A stretch of 64,000 bases of DNA from Trichinella spiralis. Its lineage: Eukaryota. This document shows positions 1 through 9,813 of the stretch, piece by piece. Every line of letters begins with the position of its first letter. Positions within the stretch are counted from its first letter, which is position 1. A program made the translations under genes and the position numbers. The DNA is taken from the NCBI RefSeq assembly GCF_000181795.1, contig NW_003526947.1, positions 416,422-480,421 on the forward strand. Direction: 5' to 3'. The notes under the pieces were generated by a model. That model was not told the origin of the DNA, ran no database searches, and was given only the letters and a program-made list of their open reading frames with translations.

Positions 1-632
1 TTTCACATAATTAACCCACACCTTTACGTTGCGATGTTTAATAAAAATCAATTTTTAAACTGATCTTTTCCTGTTTTGACATATTAAAAAGCCCAACTTG
101 TAAAGAGTTTCTGTCTTTTGGAATCAAATCTACATCATTTCAACAAAACAATAAAATGCATACCTCTAATAGATTGTAATAAAATTAAAATAATTTTCAA
201 ACTGTATTTATTCATTTCAACTCAAGGAACTATTATAATAAATAAATTATAAAACAAATACTAAATCAGTATAAAAGCAGCTGAAATGGAAGTGCACACA
301 TCAATTCATGTCATTAACACTTTGCATTGAAAAAACTTTCTAGCGCCATAATTCAGAAAATTTAACATAAAATTACTTCAACTGCATTTCACTCTATTGT
401 ATATAAAATAGTAGAAATTTGTAGAAAAATTCACTTTACAAAAACTAACATAACTACAGTAATTATAAGCGCATGTAGGTGCAAATGTTGGAAACGCTTG
501 AATCAGTAACAAAATTAACGCAAAACAGCTAAACACATAAATAAATATTTCTTAAATAAATAATTTAATCTTTTAAATAAATTATTTTAGTTTCAACAAA
601 AACTGCACTAAGAAATTGCTGATGTAGCAAAT
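1..632. repeat. Copy A of a ~620 bp duplicated segment (copy B at ~30989-31615)
   Basis: Near-identical to 30989-31615. Differences are concentrated in the first ~110 nt, mostly homopolymer length. Identity ends at ...gctgatg(t/a)agcaaat. Confidence 0.93.
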
Positions 633-1221
633 TTTAGCTACACTTTGTATAACTAACAATCAGGTTCCAATACTGACTGTAGTTATTCGCGGCTTATTCG
701 TCCTCGTGATGAATAAGCTTTCTCTGGTTCTTTGTTGATGGTGATAACTACTGCGTCCAAGCTAATATCGTTCCACACAAATTTATTGCTTTCAGCAATA
801 AACCAAAATCAGATAGAAACAGTTTTATTCAACGATCTCAAACAATACTACTCAAGCACATAGTTATCTTCACAGTGTATACGACTAACACTGCTACTAT
901 CACAAGTACTAAACGTACTCTCAACACGTGTACTGCTCGTACTGATTCTCTGCTCTCGTTCTCTCGTATATATACGCACTTCTCTTGCGCGATGACGTAT
1001 TCTCATTGATTTCTAAATATGACCCAATTCCAGGAATTGAGAGTTTCCAACACACGCTGACAATATCGATTGTCAATTCTTTTTAGCAGAGAACAAATAG
1101 TTGGCCAACTGCCAAGTATTTTCAGTGTATGACGTCATGTTTGCCGAGAGTCAATTGCTACATATTCACGTAAACAAGTTATTTATAGTATCTAAATATA
1201 AATAGATTCTAGTTTCTAACA
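623..1221 (-). mobile_element. 3' LTR of a BEL/Pao retrotransposon (distal end either 623 or 678)
   Basis: On the minus strand the polypurine tract GGGGCCGGGAGGA (1234-1222) is followed directly by TGTTAGAAAC (starting at 1221). There is a TATA-like TATATATA at ~966-973 and AATAAA signals at ~782 and ~824. Candidate ...CTACA ends at 678 and 623. Confidence 0.75.
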
Positions 1222-1252
1222 TCCTCCCGGCCCCGATGGACAAAGTCCATCA

Positions 1253-3742
1253 CTATACGTTGGCTGGCTCTATTAAATGCAGCTTTGATATTGGGCGATT
1301 GACAGTACCACCAGCTAGCTGCACTTTCACAGTCCGAACTATCCCGTCCTGACCGGGATATAACTGTACGATTTTTCCCAGTTTCCAATTTCTTCTGGGG
1401 ACATTATTCTCACTCACCAATACGATATCTCCAATGTTTGGAGCATTACCACTGTTGTACCATTTTTGTCTTACATTCAAATTGGTCACATACTCCGTCT
1501 TCCAGCGTTTCCACCATTGTGCAATTAAACGCTGTCGTAAATTCCAGTTTTTCATGAGATGTGACGTGGACTGTGCTTTCGGTACCCATTCATCTTCATC
1601 TTTAGTTACTTCTGGAATATCAGTATAATGGGTACCCGTCAAAAAATGGTACGGCGTGAGAACTTCCGGATTATTCGGATTATCCGGGTTATATGTCAGT
1701 GGTCGTGAATTCATTCTCGCCTCAACTTCAGAAATGATTGTCCTGAATTCTTCGTCTTCCAACATGGAATTTTGAAGAACCTTCTTCAGTGAAGTTTTCA
1801 TAGATCGAATTAATCTTTCCCAGTATCCACCCATCCACGGAGCTCTTTCCGTGATGAAATTCCATTGAATACGATGGGAAGTAAGTTCACGAGCGACATT
1901 ATCAATCATTTCCGTACTGACCAACTGACTCAGGTCTTTGTCCAACTGCTTAAATGATTTAAAATTGTCGGACTGTAATATATGAGGCCTACCTCTGCGT
2001 GCTATAAAGCGTCTTAAAGCTTGCAGAAGCCGTGGTGCGGTCATCTCAGATACGACTTCTAGATGTACCGCACGTGTCGACATACAAGTGAACAAACAAA
2101 TATAATTTTTGTTCACTTTCTTTCCTTGTCTTGTAAAAAATGGTCCGGCTATATCTAAACCAGTATTCTCAAAGGGTCGTGTTACTCTAGTACGATCCGA
2201 AGGCAGTGGAGCCATCTTTGCAACAAACGGCCTTGACTCTATCCGTTTGCAACTTGAACAAGCATGTATAACTTTTTTCACTTCTCGCCTTCCTTTCAAA
2301 ATCCAATATCGTTGTCTCAGCGTTGCCAGGGTAAATTCACATCCACCATGTAATTGCCGCAGATGGCATCTTCTGATTATTGCAGTGGTAGTAGGATGTT
2401 TGTCTGGCAAAAGTATTGGATGTTTCGTATATTCTGGCAAATCAGAATTTTGAAGGCGTCCTCCAATTCTTAATAGTCCATCTTCATCTAGGAATGGATC
2501 AAATTGCTGTAATCTACTATTCGCAGCAATTTGCCTTCCGTTAGATAACTGATAGATCTCCGTTGAAAAGCTTTCATGCTGTGCTTTACGAATCCAATAA
2601 TTTTCAGCATCTTGCACTTCTAACGGTGTAACGCATCCTACCAGACGATCTGGCTTAGGCATACGACAATTTTTTCCAAACCGTTTACAAAATGCTGTTA
2701 TTCGTAACAAACGGTCAAAATGTTCATACCGTTCTGGATTCAACTTGATATTCTCCACTAACTCTACTAGCACTTGTATTGATCGTCTCTCTTCTGTAAC
2801 ACAAGACTCTGCTTCATATTCTTCTGGTTTAGCCGAATCTATATCTTTTGGCCAGCTATTTTCATCAGTTAGCCAAGTAGGACCATTCCACCATAATGAA
2901 TCTGACCGTAGTCGTTTTATCGTTGAACCACGGCTCAGAATATCCGCTGGATTTGAGTTAGTCGGACAGTGTCTCCATTGAGACGGTTCCACTAACTGTT
3001 GAATATTCTCGACTCGGTTTTGGATAAAAGGTTTCCATCTTTTTGATATGCTTTTTATCCAATATAAAGTAATCTTGCTGTCCGTCCAGCAAGTCAATCT
3101 GTCGATCCTAATTTTTAATGCTTCTTTTACGAAGGTCATCAATTTGGCTGCCATCTGTGCTGCCATTAATTCCAAACGAGGGAGAGTCATCTTCTTCAAA
3201 GGTGCAACCCTCGATTTGGCCATTACAATATTCGATATTGAGCTGTAGTCTTCTTTCTTCACCACTATATAGACTACTGCTCCATAGGCAGTCTCCGATG
3301 CGTCTCCGAACGCGTGCAGCTCAATCTTTTTTATTGTGGAACCATGAAATGGGATGAGACACCTTGGAATTCTGATATCTGATATATCACTCAATTCCAT
3401 CTTCCAGATCTGCCATTCCTTTTGCAGATCTGATGGTAACTCATCATCCCAATTTAAGCCTTTTTTCCACAACTTCTGAAATAGTACCTTCGCCTTGATT
3501 AGGTATGGAGAGAGGTGACCAAGGGGATCATACACCTTCGCAGTAACACTTATCAATTGACGCTTCGTGTCACGCGACCAAGGATCGACATCAGAAAGAA
3601 CACTATAAGCTAATTCATCGTTTGCCGAGTCCCAAACGATGCCTAATATCTTTGACGTATTAGTGTTTTTTCCCATTATATCTTCTGACGGTACATCCGC
3701 CAACACCGTGCTCAAATTACTGACCCATTTGGTCAGATGAAA
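1253..3742 (-). mobile_element. BEL/Pao LTR retrotransposon pol, 3' part (end of RT, Pao RNase H, integrase Zn finger and core, DUF5641-like C-terminus), truncated by the assembly gap
   Basis: Uninterrupted ORF open up to the gap (FHLTKWVSN...). Motifs: KILGIVWD, YDPLG, LHAFGDASETAYG, TLPRLEL, NPADILSRG, HLRQLHGG...CSSC, GLDIAGPF, SDNFKSF, WERLIRSMK, MNSRPL, WWKRWKTEY, WKLGKIVQLYPGQDGIVR. Confidence 0.96.
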
Positions 3743-3752
3743 NNNNNNNNNN
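3743..3752. other. Assembly gap (10 N)
   Basis: Run of n characters. Confidence 1.
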
Positions 3753-3944
3753 AAGCCCGTGGTGGATTCTGTCTAGCTATTCAAAATCATTTGCAAATTC
3801 ATATTGAGTCCACTTGGGATGCAAACTACACAATAAAATCATAAAAACAGATAGTTGCATTGGAACTACAATTTGAAACAGTGAACATTGAACTGTTAAT
3901 GAAATGTATGGAATTTAAATATGGAAGGGTCACATAAATTGCGA

Positions 3945-4098
3945 TGCCTCTGTCATCATTTCCGGCTTGTTCCGTTGCCGATGTGCAGTGGGCTGGCTTC
4001 TAGGCAAGATCGGCTGTTCCAGCGAGGGCGGGTCCTCCAGGGCCAGGGTACAGTTGGCACTACAGTTAACCACTCTGCGAGAGCATCTGATAACTGGT
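3945..4098 (-). mobile_element. Possible small Gypsy gag-like remnant (GC-rich island)
   Basis: Abrupt GC-rich patch. One minus-strand frame reads CTLALEDPPSLEQPIL, resembling the gag PxTLEEA motif also seen at ~33160. Confidence 0.3.
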
Positions 4099-4158
4099 GA
4101 TAATATACTATGTAATTAAAGCAGTCAACGTTTATTTTTCATTTAAAATGTTAACAAA

Positions 4159-4500
4159 TCAAACAAGAATTATATTCTCATCACTGTTCACCAAATCGGG
4201 CCATCGTTCCGCTAGCTTATCAATGAGTTGATGATAGAAATCACAAAGTATTGACTCGAAGAATTCATGGAACCACGTTTTCAGTTAAACATCGTTGTTA
4301 AATGAAACGCAATGCAGAACGCTGGACAGCGACCAGAAAAGATGATAATCTGTCAGTGCTGTATCAGGAGGCGAATACGGTAGGTTCGGTAGAACTATCC
4401 AACCGAGCTCCTTCCTGAAAGGAAGTGCACGATGAATGTCCCGTAGGAATGCATTTTCCTGTTGGACAAGCAAACCATCTGGTTGCACAGATTTTTTCTG
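4159..4500 (-). pseudogene. Decayed mariner transposase C-terminus
   Basis: KELGWIVLPNLPYSPPDTALTDYHLFWSL resembles the mariner ELGWEVLPHPPYSPDLAPSDYHLFRSL motif. After an in-frame stop at 4285-4287 the frame continues LKTWFHEFFES...FYHQLIDKLAERWPDLVNSD, like a mariner C-terminus. Confidence 0.85.
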
Positions 4501-4814
4501 TGATGTTATTACATTCAAACATTAAATACATTTGCCGCACTATATGTTCATCATTAAACGTGTTATTTTTTTGAATCACTTGCACTTTTTCAACAGAGTG
4601 GAGGGGACGGTCAATGGTATCCTGAGAGTATATTGTTATAATTTTTATAATTTTATTTCAGTACAACACAAACAAACAATTAGTATTATTTATTTCGATA
4701 AAGAATTAAATATATAAATGAAAATTAAATGTGACATCTATAAAGAAATAAATGATCTTTAAAATGTGAATATAACAAAAAAATAGGTGGAGTTAAAGAA
4801 TCATCAGACACTAG

Positions 4815-5228
4815 TTAGAGATGAATTATTTGCAGCATAACATCCTTTGGTGGTACATTACGGTTCTCTCTGGAAATTATCACTGGCTTCATTTGCACCA
4901 TTATTCTATTCAACGGTGGATCTCTTCTCACAGCAACAATCTTCTTAAACGCCATTTGTTGCGCATTGCGGCCACAGAGATATTCGCCACTTGGAACTTT
5001 GGAATAAAATCGAAGTGGAACCGATTTGAAACAGCCGATATCTTTTAATACTTGATTGTGCCGTATTTCCCTACGACGTCTCCAATCGGTATTTTTCGCC
5101 TTTCTGTACAGCAAAATTAAGTAGAAAATGGCGACCACCATCGCGATCCATTGGATCACTGCTGCCATCCTAATCACATACTGAAACCGTTTTACGAACT
5201 CGCAATTGAACATTCGAGAATCAAGCAT
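4815..5228 (-). CDS. Hypothetical 137-aa single-pass membrane protein with a basic C-terminal region
   Basis: Clean ORF with coding-like GC content and a hydrophobic segment (MAAVIQWIAMVVAIFYLILLY) followed by RKAK...RRRR. A 5'UTR intron (GTAAG at 5280 to TTTCAG at ~5230) and a TATA-like CTATATATAAG at ~5348-5358 lie upstream. Confidence 0.6.
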   Translation of the reverse strand: MLDSRMFNCEFVKRFQYVIRMAAVIQWIAMVVAIFYLILLYRKAKNTDWRRRREIRHNQVLKDIGCFKSVPLRFYSKVPSGEYLCGRNAQQMAFKKIVAVRRDPPLNRIMVQMKPVIISRENRNVPPKDVMLQIIHL

Positions 5229-5466
5229 TCTGAAAGAGAACGAAAATTACAAAATTTTACCCTCTAAATTGTTCACTTACTTGACGTCAGAGGAGCGTCC
5301 TGTTCGTCAAAAAAGGCAAAACTGATTGCAAATCCCGTTAATCGCTGCTTATATATAGCTAGAGTTTAATGTACTTTAAACGTTTTTTGTTTTAAATTTG
5401 ATCAATGAAGCTTTTTGTTTAAATTTACCTCCAATGTATATATACTTTAAATTTACTCTAAATTAA

Positions 5467-6135
5467 CCCTTTGATGAATTGTTGGGGTGTAGCACACCCC
5501 AGGCGGTTTTGTTTTCGATGCAGTTTGTCAATTTTTATTTTTATAGTCTGAAGCTTTGTGACTTCGCTTTTGATACAATAAGATATATTTTGAAAAGAAA
5601 TGCAATATTTCAGATATTTTTGTTTGGTCTATAGAACATCGTAAATTTAAAAAATACATTGTTGGGTTCTTGGGGTGTGGCATACCCTCACTTTACAAAA
5701 ACACGTGTGAAAAGCTTAAAATATCTTCAATTATTATGAAAGTTGCTTTAATAGATTGTAAAAAAATAGTTGTATATGACGGCATTGAAATATTTTCAAT
5801 TTTAATAATTTTGAAGATTTTTATATGTAAAAATTGCAACAAAATTATCGTTAGAAAATCGTCATTTTTAGTTTTTTTCTTCGTGTAGATTATGTTTCGC
5901 AAAATTCATGAGACAAGTAACAGAGTTGAGTATAACACGTTATTCTGCAAATTTTGAGACTACAATAGAGATCTGTAGTCATTTTTTGGTGCCCTAATGC
6001 GACTTCGTTTTGCTAAGCCATTTCTGTGGTTTTAGCTTAAACATATGGAAAAGTGTTGAGCAGGAAATCTAATGTGGGATGTGGAACACCCCAGAAATCC
6101 AACAACGTGCCCAACGCCAACAATCCATCATAGGG
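5467..6135. mobile_element. Non-autonomous piggyBac-like element (MITE)
   Basis: Left end TTAA|CCCTTTGATGAATTGTTGG; right end CCAACAATCCATCATAGGG|TAAA (17/19 TIR match, degenerate TTAA). Internal inverted repeats at ~5658-5692 and ~6074-6107 share GGGGTGTxxCAyACCCC-type palindromic cores. Confidence 0.8.
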
Positions 6136-7274
6136 TAAAGCATGTCATACTGCAGAGAAACGTACTGCTGTTTTTATCGCTCTAGTGATGCTGGAAAATT
6201 TTCTTTTTCTCCAATTCATACGACTTGCACCAACTTGCTTTGACTAACTGTGGGGAATTTTTAAATGTAAAAATTTTGAAATAATCAATAATTCAGTCAA
6301 AAGAAAAATCTTTTCTTTAATTCTTATATATCAAACTTTCAGAATGTCGATAACATGTTATGCTTAACTGTATAATGAAAAGCCCAATATTATTTTCAAA
6401 AAATTTAAATTTGCTGAGTTTCGTTAACATTTATTCTGTACTACTGCTTGCAATTTCTGAAAATCATGCAAATTAAGAGAATATCTCTCAATGCAAAAAA
6501 TGTTAAAATGTCAATCTCTTGCAAATATATTTGTTCTTAAAAGTATCCTGCACAAAATAACAGATGCAATTTCGCAATTCACAATATCACGATATCAATT
6601 TTTATTGTAATTATTAATATTAACGTTTAACTTTCAGATTTTTATGTACTCAAGTGTAGAATAAAAACATTATAAATGAACAACTGAAAAGTAAGTTTTA
6701 ATATTTTATTAAACAAATTTATGATAAAAATTTGATTTTAGAATGTTGTTTTTACGTATATTAAAGAAAAATGCTATTGAGAAAGCCCTCGCAGTCGTAT
6801 ATGGTACTTTTAGAAGTTTGACCTTGACGTGCATTTCAGCTAAGTTGTTGCTGTCGTAGTCAGCAAAGACGGCTTACGTTGCGGCTTCGTATCCAGTAGA
6901 AGAAAACATTGTGGCAGTTCGCTCATATATTACCCATTGTTCACCATCATATTAGATTGTATGAAAAAGTAAAAGATGAAATATTTGAAAATACAAATCA
7001 AACTGAATTAATTTAAATGTACTTTTTGATTAAAATAAAATGATTTTTACTTAGTTAATTATAGCTGAATCTGACGGTTTATTTCGAAAAGTCCATCTAT
7101 CAATTTTACAATTATCTACCAATTAAACGATTCACTCAATCGAAAAAAGACTCTTAATTTCAATTAGAGCACTGTTTGCAGAATGGAGCAAAAAATACTA
7201 ATCAAAATAAGAAAATTTATTAGAATAAAGCAAAGCGCAGCAATATTATAAGTAACAGTTCTTCAAACTGAGAA

Positions 7275-7973
7275 TTAAATGGAAAGCTTTTCCATTTTCT
7301 CGAAAACATTACTGGCTGCAATGGCTTCTGATGGAATATTCTCTTCAGTTTCAGAAACTATTTCAAGAGCTTCAGTTTTCTTCAAAAACGTTGGATTCAA
7401 CTTGCAATAAAATCTACAATTGCCTTCCGTCATCGGCATCAGTTTGTCTTTCAGAACATTCAAACCATCTAAGTCCATCCATTTATTCACCAAAACGGCA
7501 ACTTTAAAACCCTTCAAAGAATAACCAAAAACAATACCATTGACATGTTCCATCACTGGACAATCCTGTGAACTGACCGCCATATTGCACAAATTAATAA
7601 AAAGCGTCTTAGCTGCTTCCCCATTTTCCTTCTTCATCAATACTGTAAATCGACAACAGCCGATATTTTCATAATCTTCGCACATCGGCACGACGGAATT
7701 TTTGAGAAAAAAATACCGTAACCGTTCTGTGGGCATCTCTAACAAAGTGGTTATATTCACCATAACATTCAAGAAATCAAGATGATATTCCACAATTTCA
7801 AGCACCGTCATCTCTTTAAGTAAATTTTTTACAAATTTTGTTGTCTTATTGTGCTTCCAGAGAGTCCAGATGTTTCTGGAAAATTCATCATCATAACTAG
7901 ACAGCGCACATCTGAATTCTGAAGCGAAGACAGCATCGCCTGTTTTGAGCACTTCCTCATTCGAATCAGACAT
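7275..7973 (-). CDS. Highly divergent, intronless eIF4E-family protein (232 aa)
   Basis: Colinear eIF4E motifs: NIWTLW, LKEMTVLEIVE, YFFLKNSVVPMCEDYENIGCCRF (vs YSLFKDGIEPMWEDEKNKRGGRW), EHVNGIVFGYSLKGFKVAVL (vs DDVCGAVVNVRAKGDKIAIW). An AG acceptor sits just before the ATG. Confidence 0.75.
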   Translation of the reverse strand: MSDSNEEVLKTGDAVFASEFRCALSSYDDEFSRNIWTLWKHNKTTKFVKNLLKEMTVLEIVEYHLDFLNVMVNITTLLEMPTERLRYFFLKNSVVPMCEDYENIGCCRFTVLMKKENGEAAKTLFINLCNMAVSSQDCPVMEHVNGIVFGYSLKGFKVAVLVNKWMDLDGLNVLKDKLMPMTEGNCRFYCKLNPTFLKKTEALEIVSETEENIPSEAIAASNVFEKMEKLSI

Positions 7974-9813
7974 TCTAGCACAGAGCGGTTTATTTGAGCA
8001 ACACGCTCAGGTTAGCAGAAATGAACAAACGGAATTTCATTATATCACCCTGAGTAGTACTGTCACTGTGTAAATAGTTATTGATCTTCAGGAAAACATT
8101 GAAAAAATAAGAAAAATAACACTTTGAAATTTTTAATAGCAAATTAACTTTCTTTTTGAATTATTCAACTTATTAAATTTTTATATGAATTATTGGCACT
8201 TTTTAATAATTCTTATAATTAATTTTTCACTTATTAATCTTCATAATAAAACAAAATTTGTGGCTAACATTTTTGTTATTTGAATTTAATTTTATCTAAG
8301 TTTAAAAAACCTTTCAAAACACATGTGCAACCGCAGAAAATTGCTCTGTATATTCGCCCTATTTTTGTACATACTTCTGCGTCATTACTATTACTGTACC
8401 GGTTGCTCTTATGAATGAGGAACTTTCTTTCTGCTTTCGAAATGCTTCGCTTTTATCTATCTATCCGAATTTAAAAATACGGTTAAAAAAATTTCAACCA
8501 ACAAAGTACTACGCTAATTAGATAAATTAAGCTTCAGCTGGCAGTTATACGAGATTTATGCATAAGATGCTTTTCCATTTGTCAGAAATTGTAGCTAAAG
8601 GCGATTTTAATGCAATGGTAAAATCAACTAGTGATAAACTGTCCATAGCTGCAGTTTTGAAGTAAAACTAGGACTGGCAACCGCTAATTTGTTAACATCG
8701 TATTACATTTTCAATTTTGCCAGCCTATTCTCTGAAATTGTTCCTCGTATTTAATTATTCCAACGCTTCCTTCTTTCACTGCTGTTCACACGAGTTGCTG
8801 TTTTTCTTTCCATGTTTTATTCAAATTGAAAAATAAAAATATGGAGTATTGTTTAAAATAAAAATTTGTGATTATATATTTTGTGTAAATTGTATTAAAT
8901 TTCTCTTTCAATATCTAAAGTAAAACCGATCACTGAGTTGACTAAGCATTCAAATTGCAATTGTTGTATTCGATGATAACCAGATGATAATCAAAAAGAA
9001 TCTGTTGGGGATTTTGAAATCATTTTACCAAACAAAACTGAAAGCAGCGAAAGATATTTTTCATCTCAAGTTCACTCCATTATGGATGTGTTTATTATCA
9101 TATGCTTGGCCGAAATATAGTCATTGTTAATTATCCTCGTCGGCAGGCAAGGAGCACAAATTGATCTTTCATGTGCTGCCAAAATTTTCACTTCCATCGT
9201 TCGGAGTGAACAAAATAACTGCGCTATGTCAAAGAGTTCGCTGCCTGGGTCAAACAGTTAGTTGTTCATTTGAAAAAGTGTCTTTCTGCAGCATTGTAAA
9301 AATTCCTGACCAAAAAACCAAAACCAATGAACAACGTTTGGATAAAATATGGAAAGAAAGAATATTTATTGAAAACTGTGATGATCATATTACAAATTTA
9401 TTCCATTTAGTAGTCCACAATTTGTGATTACCATAACTGCTATGCTTCGCCGCATCACAATTACCAACATCTATTTTTGTTTCACACTTTAGAACAATTC
9501 ATATACACGACTGCGTATTCATATTCATATTCATATTCAAATATATACATACATATCAGAAATTGAATATTTATTTTATAAATTTACTGCAATTTATATA
9601 AATCACATTTTTAGAAAGAAATTACACATTTAAGAGACAATTTATTCGAATAAAAAATGAAGTAAACTATGAATTTTGTGCACTAATTGCGCCTTTTAAA
9701 CTTGGTATACATAGCCAATTCAGTTTATTCAGAATATATTTCCAAAAATTGTCATTTCACTATATATTTATTTATTTCGTGGAATTATCAAATTTAGAAT
9801 GGAGAATGATGCA

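Noticed and set aside
4002..4020. AGGCAAGAT, matching the miR-31/miR-72 5' end
   Set aside because: The rest of the mature sequence does not match and no convincing precursor hairpin is present.
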